From: Eledone cirrhosa
Lineage: Eukaryota
Assembly: GCA_964016885.1 (NCBI GenBank)
Contig: OZ024750.1
Coordinates: 1,426,001 to 1,490,000 of the forward strand
Reading direction: 5' to 3'
DNA length: 64,000 bases
Positions 14,102-27,465 of the stretch are shown piece by piece. Every line of letters starts with the position of its first letter. The first letter of the stretch is position 1. Both the position numbers and the translations under genes were made by a program. The notes under the pieces are model-generated. The model was given only the letters and a program-made list of their open reading frames with translations. It had not been told where the DNA came from and made no database searches.

Positions 14102-14639
14102 ATTTATTTTACATTGAGCTACTTAACTTACTGGTAATAAGGTAGTAATACATTACTGCCTACCACTATTTAGGGTGTGTGTAAAATACTTACAACTGCT
14201 TAAGGTTTTGTGTTTACATAACCATAAATAGTATAACTAATACTATATATATATATATATATGTATGTAAATTTATGTATATATATATATATATATATAT
14301 GAAAAGTGTAATTTTCTACACAAAACGAAGGTTATAGAGAAAATTGAGGTTGGTAATGGCACATGGAATATATAAGAGACAGAATACTTTTTTGTGAAAA
14401 AACATAATTTTATAAGGTAAGGAAATAATAAAGGGTATATATATATAAAGGGTATATATATATAAATATATATAAGAGCGGGGGCCTTGCGGTCGAGCTC
14501 TTGCCGTTACAGCTAGTTCCAGTCTGTAACTAGCTGTTGAAATGACAAGAGCTCAGCCGTCGGGTCGCAACTATCAAACGTTTCTCTCAGACTTCAACTA
14601 CACACACACACAATATATATATATATATATAATAAAGAA

Positions 14640-15200
14640 TTAGAAATAGAAGCCAGGACTCTCCATCATAAGTGGTCTACTAGCCATCATAGATATTTCT
14701 TTGCATTACAGACCATATACCTCAAGCTAGGGCGATACAATAACTAAATTAAGTTATTGGGCTAAAAAGAGTTGGGTGGTGAAAGAGAGACAGGTAAACA
14801 AACACGAATGGTGAGGCAACGTAAAGAGAGGAAAACATGAGAAAATCAAGTCAATGATTCATTTTGAACATAAGAATGCGCGAATATTGAGGAGAAGGCA
14901 AAAGACAGATCTGAGATGGAACTAATGTTCTTATGCGGGTAAGGAACAAATTAATTATCGGAATTTCATTCCTGATGTCCAGTTTCAATGCCATGATTAT
15001 CAAACAACCTGCAGGGTACGTGAAGTGTTGCAGGGGTATTTGAATAGTGAAAATAAACAGCGGGAAATGTGACATTGCTGTATAATTTGCTGTCAGCGAT
15101 TTAACCACCTTTCAGTGCTCAAACGACCTTTAAGATCTCATGCTAGGAAAGAGCAATTATAGGTACATGAGATGGTGAAACTCTTCAAGAGTCAACCACC
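14640..15200 (-). mobile_element. Degenerate Penelope-like GIY-YIG C-terminal fragment
   Basis: Minus-strand LKGR..EH-like, HFTYP and FLTRIRTLVPS resemble the PLE endonuclease tail (FIxxLxTLxPxGLN); bounded by (TA)n. Confidence 0.3.
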
Positions 15201-15203
15201 ATA

Positions 15204-15244
<41 letters not shown>

Positions 15245-15249
<5 letters not shown>

Positions 15250-15375
15250 AACACAAGGATATATATGTACATATATGTATATATATATATATACAAACAC
15301 AAGGATATATATGTACATATATATATATATATACAAACACAAGGATATATATGTACATATATATATATATATATA
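15245..15375. repeat. Three tandem units tacaaacacaaggatatatatgtaca(ta)n
   Basis: Direct reading. Confidence 0.9.
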
Positions 15376-15376
15376 T

Positions 15377-15425
15377 AACAAAGGTAGTGTGGTAAGGAAC
15401 CAGATGGACCATAACGCATCAGATA
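15377..15425. repeat. Microsatellite-embedded dispersed repeat; related copies at ~20792-20850 (opposite strand) and ~39263-39360
   Basis: Shared ggtaaggaaccag(a/g)tggaccataacgca core; the two longer copies also share agtactc.atact. Confidence 0.8.
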
Positions 15426-15540
15426 GCCATCGCAACGGCTTGAGCTCTGCCTTCGGGATCAAACATTTTCTTATATATATATATATATATATTGGTGGTT
15501 TACTATAGTTCTCTCTTTAGTGCGGACAATATCGGGGTTT

Positions 15541-15621
15541 TGCACATGCTGATGACCCACTAAGCCGAATTGGAACCCACTAGATGGCGAAACAATATCC
15601 TAGTGAGTTTGTACATGTGTG
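15541..15621 (+). ncRNA. Type I hammerhead ribozyme
   Basis: cacatg-CTGATGA(15549-15555)-c cca..tgg c-GAAA(15589-15592)-caa..ttg-TA-catgtg; within a ~370-bp insert flanked by (TA)n. Confidence 0.7.
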
Positions 15622-15856
15622 ATTTAGTTATGAGGTTGCTTTCTCATTTTAATTTATACATTTAATGATAATGTTTTTCCTACACCTCTCTTAGCTTATA
15701 TTCTCTTCACGCTGGTGGTTTAAAATCCTGTAAATGAAAACACACTCTCCTGTGTTTTTCTCCTCTATATAATGTACTTTAAAGTGCCCAGGAAAACTCT
15801 TTCCTTTGAGCTCATTTAATTACAGGATTATACGCGAGTCCTTTTCTCCGTTATTT

Positions 15857-15930
<74 letters not shown>

Positions 15931-16319
15931 TAAAACATGTCTATAGAATCACCAGATAAAATATATACCATTTCCTCTCCCAATTAGCATAATTAACCAT
16001 ATAACAAATCGAATAGACCAAGCTATAAGAATAAGGCTTCTATGAAGAAATCTCCAATATATATGCATGGGTATATGTATGTGAAGATTTGAGGAAATAT
16101 CTTTCAATTCATCCTTAATCTTATCGTTAGTGTAGTATACACACCTGTTTGTCTGAATGCATATGTGTGCGCGTGTGCATGCGCGCGTGTGTGTGTGTGT
16201 ATATAAGTCAATAATTACACGCTGATTCTTCCGCCATATATTTCCTATGTGTTCATGAGAAAACGAATGGACGTTATCCACAGTTAGAATCTAAATGTCT
16301 TATGGTTCCAGAGATAAAA

Positions 16320-16368
16320 CACACACACATATATAATCCTACACACACACACACTCATATATCTATAC

Positions 16369-16459
<91 letters not shown>

Positions 16460-16695
16460 TATATATATATACACATATATATATACACACATATATATAT
16501 ATACACATATATATATAAATATATATATACACACACATATATATATATATACACACACATATATATATATATATACACATATATATATAAATATATATAT
16601 TTATATATATATATATACACATATATATATAAATATATATATTTATACACACATATATATATGAATATATATATATATGTATATACATTCATGTA

Positions 16696-16726
<31 letters not shown>
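16320..16726. repeat. (TA)n/(CA)n compound microsatellite
   Basis: Direct reading. Confidence 0.95.
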
Positions 16727-16799
16727 CGTTTGTCTCTAAGGAATTCACGTCAGTTTGCAGCATGATGTCTTAATTAATCATATTTGGCATAACCATTCT

Positions 16800-17589
16800 T
16801 CATGCCAGACAAGAAGAAAATGACGTAAACAGCAAGAACACTAGTTGATTAAAGCCTTCTTTAGATCTATTATGGAACATATCTATAATGTAAAGTAGCG
16901 TAAACAGTCTGTAAACCAGCTCATTGTCCGCTCCGTTATAGAAAATTCTGTTTAGGTTATACAGAAATTAGGCCGTCATAGTTTCTTCCATCAGATACAT
17001 ATCACAATAAAATATGTTTCTCTTTATGTCGTATATTGCTATTGTTATTAAATAATATTTGTTGCTTTACTTTCTTACGTAATATCATCTATAAATTCTA
17101 TTTCCATTATATGTCGTTTGTTGGGGTTAATCTCTGAAATACTGGCCTATCAGAAACCAAGTTAATTTTGTTACGGTAAATTAAACTACATTTATCGCAC
17201 CATTGACGTCAGGTGTAAATAGAGGATAGTGTAAAACTTTGGTCATTTCTAGTTATATATCGTATATTATCTGACGTTGCATTCGTAAGATCACGTTGTA
17301 AATTTTGGTTTAACGCTCGGTTAGTAACCATGAATATGTGATATGCTTCGTAGAAAGCATCACTCACAACCACAATAGGCCACGTCATCTGCTTCATGTC
17401 ATGACTGAGGAGTATTAGCTACTGGAACAACATCACTTAATGCCTGGCCTCCCTCACCTTTGTAGATTTCGCTGTGTTTTACAGATATTAATGACTGAAA
17501 CACTTAGGGAGGGGTTTCTTCTTTGAACAGTTTCTGCTATCTAGCCAAGGGTGATACGGACTGAAATTTTATACCTAGGTACTTGACCA

Positions 17590-17655
<66 letters not shown>

Positions 17656-19560
17656 TGGTCAAGTACGTAAACAGAAATAACAACACAATCGGTACAGTAT
17701 ATGGAAGGGATATATTAGGTTAACGCTTGATAGAGCAGGAAGAGGGTCTTAACGTTTCAGACGCTAGTCCTTCACCAGCAGAATGAATGAGAAATAAGAT
17801 AGATTGATGGAACGGGCATGTTGGAATTGGGAAAAATGTCTTTAGATAAAAATAAGCTGTCGAAACGGCCGGAGCTCAGCCGTCGGGATCCCGACTATTT
17901 CCTATATATATATACATATATGATTGAGATAGGGAGGAGAGAGACATGTCTATGTTGAGGAATAGTGGGGGAATTCCAATAGTTACCACAATTTAATGAC
18001 ACGGGGCTTTCCAGTTAATATCAGGTGTATGATGTCATTGATGTAAGGTAATTCCACATACACACAGGTGACCCAATAAGTGCCCTGGTGAACTGAACTT
18101 TTATAGACGTGATTTAAAGAGTGATTGGCTGCTGTTCCAGACATCATGCAGATACTTACGGAAGCGATCACTCACACCAGAGACAGCCGGTTTCACCTAT
18201 GTAATGAAATCAATATATCTATATGATGGAATGGCAGAAGATGTAGAATACGTGGTTGAATAGTTTGACATTACTAAAGACTATAATTATATAAACTAAG
18301 GCGAATAGGTTTCGCCACAGTGTTTTGTATGTCGGTGAAACTGAAACGAGTATGAAGGATTCTATTTACACGAGGAGCATATGTTACGTGTATTTGAACG
18401 TTTGTGAATAAGTGTAATAAATTCATAATACGGAAGGGACAAGTGGCATGAAGATAAATATAACTCTTACATACTAAAACATCATTTGTAATCCCCAATA
18501 CATCTAACTTGGAATCACTCCTATTTAATCAAACAGTTTGAAGTTATAAAGCATCCTATTCCAGGCAAATGGATCAACGTAACATGAAATCTGAAACAAT
18601 TCTTCCTGCGTATAAATAAACCTAATGTCTTGGGTATATCACATAACATTCTTATAAGCGATAGCATTCCCTGATCATGACTTTGACATATAAGAATACT
18701 GTTGATCAGAGAAATATAGTTTTCACATTAATCACAAGAATCGAGTTATTAATTCACATTACAAACACGTTCTACCATTATTTTAAACGAGATATGCTGT
18801 AATAACCAGTTATCTCACGGACATAGAAGTAGACCCAACACGAGTTCACATATATAGTACTTCAGAAACGTATATTATTCTCATTTAAGGCCTTGCAATC
18901 GAATAACAATGCTACGTTGTATAGAAATAATGATCAAATATCAACTTTAACTATTGTGTAAAGAATACTAAGTGTGTGATATTAGACCTATTCTCTTTAT
19001 GATATTTTACATCTGTAATAGAAGTTTATTAGTCCTTGAATTAGGATTCCATTTATATCAAAGCTGGCTATAAACAATGGCCCAGATCGATAATTTAAGA
19101 TACAGTAGAATGTCTCATCTTTCAAAATAGGTCTAAATGCTATGTACATCTTAATAAAATTACTAATGCTTCACAGGTCACTAGGAATAAATACTCAAGT
19201 AGTAAAATAATAAAATATTCTTCAAAACCTAAGGAATCCTAGCATCGAAACGAAAACCATAATTGAAGATTTAATCTATACGAAAATTGGAAAGTTGTGG
19301 CAAATAAAGTTTAATGTGTAATAACATAGTAACAATTATTATAAATACTGTCGCGCTTCTTCTAATATTTGAAATATTCTTTTGTATAATATATTCCATT
19401 AAAACATGTTTTTACAATGGGAAAGCAAATATCTTTGATGAAGCATGTAGAGCAGCAATTAGAAAACCACAAAACTGTATTCCTATTGCTTCAGAACAAG
19501 TTTCAGTCAATTATTATAAATTTGTTTTTCAGTTGAAAACCTGATATTTATAGGATAACA
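16800..19560 (-). pseudogene. Decayed protocadherin-like remnant C (~EC3-EC6), interrupted by an insert at ~17580-17920
   Basis: Collinear fragments TIVKVDI, IIYVSE, VGS, NGRTCL, ILICQSHDQG (18669-18697), YNFKLF, PFRI, SGTAAN, RNPSLSVS. Confidence 0.5.
17747..17783 (-). ncRNA. Degenerate minimal PLE-type hammerhead
   Basis: Minus strand CTGGTGA-a ggac tagc gtct-GAAA-cg-TT; a more decayed copy of the same element lies at ~19975-20060. Confidence 0.5.
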
Positions 19561-20759
19561 ATTACCAATTTATTAACAGAATTCAATATTTAGGATATAC
19601 ACATAATATATATCAATATACATTACGTTGTTTTAGTATATTTGTGTATGTTAGAAGATTTTATCAATAAAATGCAAGTAACAATGTTATGCTTCAATAT
19701 ACATGAATGTAAAATAGAAAAACATCATTATTACAAAACATCATTAAAATTTTCCATTTTCGATAAGGTTTAAAAATTTATATGACAGATCTAGTTTGAG
19801 ATAATTATATATATTGTATTATCACTTCTCTATGCTTTTTTTCCTGAAAGTCATTCGATAATGATTGATGAATCGTTAGGAGCAAATTGTTAAAAATGGG
19901 TATTTTTTAATACACAATTTTTATATATACATGCATGCAACATGTAAACGGAAGCAACAAAACAAATAACATAGTACAATGAAGAAATATATTAGTTTAA
20001 CGCTTGATATAATAGGAAAGGCTTTATGTTTTGGACACTAGCCCATCAACGGAAGGGGGAATGAGAAAGAAAAGCAGAAATAGAAAGATAGAGTGGCAAG
20101 AGAAAGGAACGGAAAAGAAATTGGAAAAAGCACGTGTGTGTGTGTGTGTGTTATACTTATCTATATGTATGCGTAGATTTAAGGGAATGTTAACTTATAG
20201 AATAACGAAATAATTAAATAAAGAGAAAACCTGTAAGAAGAGGGGGAGGGGTAGAAATGAGGCAAGATTGCTTGAAAGAAGAGAAGAAAAGATGTAAGGC
20301 GAAAAACTAAAGAAAGAAATAAAGGAGAAAGAAATCTATGTTTGAAGAGGATAAATGTAAATATGGGAAAAAATCAATGCCATATTCATAGAAAGTTTAT
20401 ATTATGACAATGGAAATCAAAATACTTCCAAGCATAGGAAGAGTTAGGTAGATTTTCTCATTAGAACGTTCGGGAAAAAACTACCATACTGTAATAAAAC
20501 ACACACGAACACTGATACAAGTAAACAGACTCATCTAACGTAGTTAATACACACAGAAACACACACAAACATACATACACAATATTATACATGGATGTGA
20601 GGTTAAGAGGTTCGCTTGACAATTAAGGAGCTTCTGCTTCTGGATAAATCTTTCAACTTAACTTATGTGTTGTCTAATGTCTTGCGTGTAAGATTTTAAA
20701 AACAAACTCACACACGCATAGTTATAGACATATATGTACATATATGTATATACATGTAT

Positions 20760-20791
<32 letters not shown>

Positions 20792-20945
20792 ACTACCCCA
20801 AGTATCGAGTACTCTGGTGGGTTATGGTCCACCTGGCTTTTTACCACACCCTATCTGATCTGTACAAGTGTATATATATATACACACATATATATATATA
20901 TATATATTTATATATATCAACTCGTGTATTACTTTTCTACATTCG

Positions 20946-20977
<32 letters not shown>

Positions 20978-21498
20978 CCAGTCATGTATATATTTGTAAT
21001 ATATATTATATACGTGTGAGTGTGTGTGTGTGTTTTAAGTCAGAAAATGTAAATCATGTAGAAACACCTCCCATAAACTGCATCTAAAACATCCCATTCA
21101 TCAATCTTGTAACTACTCCAGCATTAATTCCTGCGAGACATGTTCTACTTCATGACACTATTGTCTTATCTAGAATCAAGTTGAACACAACAACAGCCAT
21201 TATTATTAAGACATTCAATAATAAGTAAAATATATGTTCAATTGTGTTAAATTAAGCAGTTCATAATTTACCTGAATTCAAAAACAGGCAATAAATCTCA
21301 CACACTACATCTTCATAAAGCTGAAATTAGCATTCTGGTACTTATTTCTTTCTTTGTTAATCAATTTCTTGACTTAATTAATATCCACACATTTCCTGCT
21401 AACGAACATCCATCATATAATTTTAAAATTAATTTTCCATTTGGTTAGACTGTGTAAATATGAAATACACAATAATAAATTTCGTTACTTCAACTAAC

Positions 21499-21547
<49 letters not shown>

Positions 21548-22218
21548 AGAATTAACCTTTAGACAGGTGTGACATAATTTTATTTATGGTATAATATGTA
21601 TTTCAATAACACCCGTTATGTCGTTATGCAATCATTAAAACAGCAGCCGACACTGGTGGTTAATCAAGATCGTTATGGGGCCTGCTAGTGCACGGCGCCT
21701 CTCTATTTCTTTCCATTCTTTGACACCTTGCAAGGTACAAGACTATAGTGAAACGATAAGGCGAAACTGTGTCAGCCTGCTGTAAACACTTTAGTATCTT
21801 GAGAGAGTTAATGCCTTCCTAATGATAATTCCATAAGTCTTTTAAACCCCTCAAATAATATCCTTCTGATATAACGTGTGTTTGCAGAATTTTGAGCATA
21901 TGCCTCGGGAATATCTGCAAATGTAATGTTAGCAGGTAATATCCTGGTCTTAGCATATCTTATCAGTTGTCAGATATAGTATATGTGACATTGGTGACCG
22001 CAATTACGGAAAATCCATTGCAATTTGATCTCAGGGGACGATCGGGCACAAATTAATTTCGGCTTATTCAGATTGTATATAACTATAATAGCTAAATAGC
22101 ATTACTATTTCTCTCAATATTCTCATATCTCCACACCGGTGAGAGATAGAGAAAGTGAACGTGTTATATATGTATATTTATACATACCTATACATATACA
22201 CACATACATCAGTGTGTG

Positions 22219-22250
<32 letters not shown>

Positions 22251-22411
22251 TATTCGTAGACACACATATATATTCATATATATATATATATACACACACA
22301 TATTCGTAGACACACATATATATTCATATATATATATATATTCATATATATATATATATTCATATATATATATATATTCATATATATATATATATTCACA
22401 CATATTCGTAG

Positions 22412-22454
<43 letters not shown>

Positions 22455-22475
22455 ATGAATATATATGTGTGTCTA

Positions 22476-22523
<48 letters not shown>

Positions 22524-23664
22524 ACGAACAAATGGTGTGCGATCGTTCACCACAACACTTGCCAAATGGGAAGGTTATTCATCTTTTTCTGACTCCGGAT
22601 GTATATGTAAAATAAGTTATGATTTCTGATAACCTCAATAAAATCTAATACTGAATTCGTAAACATTATGAATTTATAGGATGAATTCAGCTCCCTAATG
22701 CATAATTTGATATATAATTGAATATTCTAGCAGTGTAAGTACTAATACTTTGGTGCCAATTGTACTGTATTTTTATTTATTTCTGTTCTGCAGTTTTCAT
22801 TTTTCCTGTTGATCTTATAGGTTTGATAGCTTAACACTTGTTTGTTTTTTAAACTGTGACGGGGAACACAGATATATTTCATATATTCATGTTGTATTTA
22901 AGTTGATCTTAATTTTAATTATTATTAGTTTATTGTTCACAAAGACCGACAACGATTTGCTGGGTTTTTTTAAAATAATTACGACATGACAAACGTCAAC
23001 GACATTATCGTGGAAGCACGAAAAATACAGAAATTGCATTGTCGGGTTTCGAATAATTCAGTATTGGTAAATATGAGGCAGAATATGTTTATTTTATTTA
23101 CAAGGCAGGTTTACATATATGATAATGGATATAGTGTTAAGGAAAATGCAGATTGCTTTGAACTCAGAATAATAAATGAGAAAGCTGAATTGGGTGAAAT
23201 ATCCTGGGTAAATTTGAATTTCACTGCTGTTATGCCAACGGGTATTCACAGGAGTAGCTAAATAAACAAATAATAACAATAACCTGAAGCCTATAGAGAA
23301 ATAGCAATTTTGCGATAACCAGTATTTGGATAAATCAATAGATGATTTGAGCAAGCATTATAATCATATTCATGTTTACTGAGAATGTCATTCTTTGTTA
23401 GAAGGTGGCCATTAGAGTTGATTCCTGTGAGACGGGAATAGAATTAGAAAGCTGATTATGCTGTCCAAGTTTTAAACGATAATATAGAGAACTTTGCGTT
23501 ACAGAGAAATAAAAATGTTGTATTCTATAGTCATTACTACCATGTATTTTCGTAATTTAGTAAATTCATAAGCTTCTATATTATGTTTATACGTGTGCAT
23601 AGCATAGGGATTTGTCTGTTTGTCTTTCATTAGAAATATAAATACTAATCAACATGGGTTTACA

Positions 23665-23721
<57 letters not shown>

Positions 23722-23727
23722 AATGTA

Positions 23728-23806
23728 AGTATGTATGTATGTATGTATGTATGTATGTATGTATGTATGTATGTATGTATGTATGTATGTATGTATGTAT
23801 GTATGT
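23728..23806. repeat. (GTAT)n tetranucleotide microsatellite
   Basis: Direct reading. Confidence 0.95.
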
Positions 23807-23991
23807 ATACAGACGTACAGTAGTATGTATATATATACATACATGCACACATATATATATGCACGTATCGGTTTACCAAACATTTATTATAATGCTCGGT
23901 TTGTTTGTTTGTAAACAAACAAACAGCCCGAATTACGCCGTACAGTGTTTAGGCAACCACGTCACCTTTTTGTTCAACACTGACACAGGAA

Positions 23992-24032
23992 CAATGTACT
24001 AGTTTCAAGCTTATTAGATATCGTCAGCATCG
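23992..24032 (-). ncRNA. Minimal type I hammerhead (stem II decayed)
   Basis: Minus strand cgatg-CTGACGA-tatctaataagctt-GAAA-ctag-TA-cattg. Confidence 0.65.
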
Positions 24033-24329
24033 TATACCTTCCTGCCAGATGGTTGAACGTCTGAAAGTATATACTTTCCTTATGCATATTAACGGCTGAG
24101 CAGCCTAATTTGCATATCGAGTGAGTTCAATCGGCCGGACACACTGAAAACGATAAATGGAATAGAATGAAACGAAATTTCATTTCTCACTCTTAGTACA
24201 TATGTGTGCATGTGTGTATATATATATACATACTACTGTACGTCTGTATACATATATGTATGTACGTATACATACTTACATTTAAGTAAGTGCCGTACTA
24301 AGAAATGAAATTTAGTTTCATTCTATTTC

Positions 24330-24383
<54 letters not shown>

Positions 24384-25117
24384 GTGTGTATACATGGACA
24401 GACCTCTAGCAGCACATATCTACAGCCACATTTACCACTACGGTAGGTCCAGGATCTCAAGTAAACACACAATGATGTATAAACGTATAGAGATTGTTAA
24501 CACATATATACGAACTTGGTCACTCTCATACTAGTAATGCATATATATACAGACATATACATTCATCAACATTATGTGTATCCTCGAGCTCGCTCATATA
24601 TAGATGTCTCATACACAAACAGACAGATTTACAGGCAAATCCTTTATACACACGAACACATATGCATATACACATACGTATGTATCTCTTATTACATAAA
24701 TTAACAATACATTAAATATGAAACAACTTTTATTTTGATAGATTGTTATGATAAGAAATTGGTTGTAAGATATATATATTATCTTGACTATAACGCCTTG
24801 GACAACACTTATGGCATGATGTGTATTAGTTATTGTGAAATATTGGATAATATAACTAAATATCAGTGAAATGTGAATGTCGTTATCCTTTGTAATACTG
24901 TCAAACTGAAACGGGGTGTGTACGTATATGTTTCGTGTCACGGTTGGCCATAATTTCTTTCGGAACTGAAGAGAAATTATACCAACAATCGTCTTATTCG
25001 GGAAATCTCTGGTAATGAGGTAATTATATTGTATTGTTTATTATACATTAAATGTAGCTCTGGTACTTACATTATATATATACATTATATATATACATTA
25101 TATATATATATATACAT

Positions 25118-25180
<63 letters not shown>

Positions 25181-25231
25181 AGGATGAATATAAAATGAAA
25201 GTGGTTTTTTTAAAAAAGGAATTTATTAGGT

Positions 25232-25346
25232 ATTGACATATGTTTCTGTAACAGACTGAATACCTATGTATCGCTGCTTGCGTAATCATATAATGTTAGC
25301 AAGTATTCGATAACAAATGTATAATCAGTTGTCACTTCTTCAGAGA
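25232..25346 (-). ncRNA. Hammerhead core in PLE pLTR (minus arm)
   Basis: Mirror copy of 27151-27265. Confidence 0.6.
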
Positions 25347-25814
25347 TTTTGGATAAATTGGATAAAATCAGAAAAATTGAAGTATTTATATTAGTAATAG
25401 AGGAAGAAACAGAGGGGATAGTATATGACAGATGGTAAATTAATTTACTGCTAAACAAGTATATAATGGGTTTCTAATGAGAATACCATGAGTAAATCTA
25501 AATAAGAATTTTGGGAGTGCCAATTTTAATCTCTACTTGACCAACTGGACAGTGGACAGGGCTGGTCATTTGGTGCAGTAGTATTAATTATAAAGTGTCA
25601 ATTGGGGAAGGGGGAGATTTCGATTGCTACTAAATAACATCAATGCTAGTAGCCAGCTGGTATATGCATTAGGGAATTGAATCAAGAAATCAGAAATCTC
25701 ATTTTATCTATAGCAGTTTGTATTAAAAGGTAAATAATAGAAGAGTTGATAGAATTAAGACTAATAAAGAATGTTAATATCTATTTTGACAATCAAACGG
25801 GGATAGAGACAGGC

Positions 25815-26589
25815 GTTCAATCCTGGTAGTATTTATAATATGAAAATGTAGATTTTAAGCGATGGTTACAGTATAACGATCACTCTATTCTGTTATTTAA
25901 TAAAATGTTTTTGGATTTCATAATACAAAATAATTCTACATTACATAATTTACAAAATTCCTGTCCATGGGAATACGGGGGGGGTGGGGGGGGGGGGGGG
26001 GGGGGGGGGGGCAGCCGCTATTATATCCCATTTTAGGTGAAATTGTTGGTTATTTTCACGCAGCTGCCAAGCCTTGTCTGCGAGTGTTGTTACATAACGC
26101 TGGTTTTCATGTTTTATCGAGTAACGATGTCTATAAAGGCGTGATTTGAAGGAGGTGGCTGTAGATCCCACATAGTACCACTTCTGTCTATCCGATTCGA
26201 TAGTACATTTGTATACGATGTTGCGTTCAAGACACTGATTGTTCAACGGACACATTCCTGGTTGGACACAGTTGCAATTATAATTTTGCGTTGTTGTATT
26301 GCCATGGATGGGTTGATGAGGTTGCTTATGTAGGACAGGATGTTGTTTGTTGTTTTGTGATGTTATAGCTAATGTTTTACGTGTATTGTTATGTGTTGGA
26401 AGGCGTTTATACAACCGTTTTGCGTTAAGCTTTTTTATATGTTGTTCAATATTAGGGGCGGTTGAATATGAAAGTCGAATAGTGTTAGGGTTTAAGATTT
26501 TATTATATTTATGTGATGTTGGAAAGTGTTTTTTAACTAATCGAAAGAATTTTGAGGGTAGATTGGTTTTAATAGAGTTGTTATTAAAA
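25815..26589 (-). pseudogene. PLE linker plus GIY-YIG endonuclease coding remnant
   Basis: In-frame SIKTNLPSKFFRLVKKHFPTSHKYNKILNPNTIRLSYS..CNCVQPGMCPLNNQCL..NIVY..YYVGST..FKSRLYRH..LKWDII; a frameshift at the G-run 25977-26011; then PYS..CKLCNVE..LLNNRIE*SLYCNHR (this TGA is CGA in the other arm). Confidence 0.9.
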
Positions 26590-27150
26590 CATTTTATTAA
26601 ATAACAGTATAGAGCGATCGTTATACTGTAACCATCGCTTAAAATCTACATTTTCATATTATAAATACTACCAGGATTGAACGCCTGTCTCTATCCCCGT
26701 TTGATTGTCAAAATAGATATTAACATTCTTTATTAGTCTTAATTCTATCAACTCTTCTATTATTTACCTTTTAATACAAACTGCTATAGATAAAATGAGA
26801 TTTCTGATTTCTTGATTCAATTCCCTAATGCATATACCAGCTGGCTACTAGCATTGATGTTATTTAGTAGCAATCGAAATCTCCCCCTTCCCCAATTGAC
26901 ACTTTATAATTAATACTACTGCACCAAATGACCAGCCCTGTCCACTGTCCAGTTGGTCAAGTAGAGATTAAAATTGGCACTCCCAAAATTCTTATTTAGA
27001 TTTACTCATGGTATTCTCATTAGAAACCCATTATATACTTGTTTAGCAGTAAATTAATTTACCATCTGTCATATACTATCCCCTCTGTTTCTTCCTCTAT
27101 TACTAATATAAATACTTCAATTTTTCTGATTTTATCCAATTTATCCAAAA

Positions 27151-27265
27151 TCTCTGAAGAAGTGACAACTGATTATACATTTGCTATCGAATACTTGCTA
27201 ACATTATATGATTACGCAAGCAGCGATACATAGGTATTCAGTCTGTTACAGAAACATATGTCAAT
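27151..27265 (+). ncRNA. Hammerhead core in PLE pLTR with long stem II
   Basis: CTGAAGA 27154-27160; ~90-nt stem II (gtgaca/tgttac, actga/tcagt, tatcg/cgata, ttgc/gcaa); GAAA 27251-27254; palindromic CATATG; TC; stem I pairs poorly. Confidence 0.6.
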
Positions 27266-27424
27266 ACCTAATAAATTCCTTTTTTTAAAAAAAGCACTTT
27301 CATTTTATATTCATCCTTTCTACATTTTCTCCGGAATATAATTTATACTCGTTGAGCAAACCTGCACGTACGCTGTTCATCTCTAACGTAACGATATATT
27401 ATCACTACATTATTGATAACCTGA

Positions 27425-27465
<41 letters not shown>

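Larger units (their letters stand above)
25176..27430 (-). mobile_element. Penelope-like element (Naiad-like), 5'-truncated, with inverted pseudo-LTR
   Basis: Inverted arms 25176-25911 / 26586-27322 with only a handful of mismatches; GIY-YIG coding remnant between them; (TA)n on both sides. Confidence 0.9.

Noticed and set aside
15245-15375. Repeat-spacer-like pattern (CRISPR)
   Set aside because: Spacers are only (TA)n; eukaryotic context and no cas genes.
18325-18375. Plus-strand LYVGETETSMK resembling a GIY-YIG motif
   Set aside because: No supporting upstream or downstream residues; the region is better explained by the minus-strand cadherin-like remnant.
26920-26965. Hairpin in the PLE 3' region as a possible SECIS, and in-frame TGA at ~25880 as selenocysteine
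   Set aside because: No RUGA/GA quartet with apical AA; the TGA is CGA in the other arm, consistent with CpG decay.
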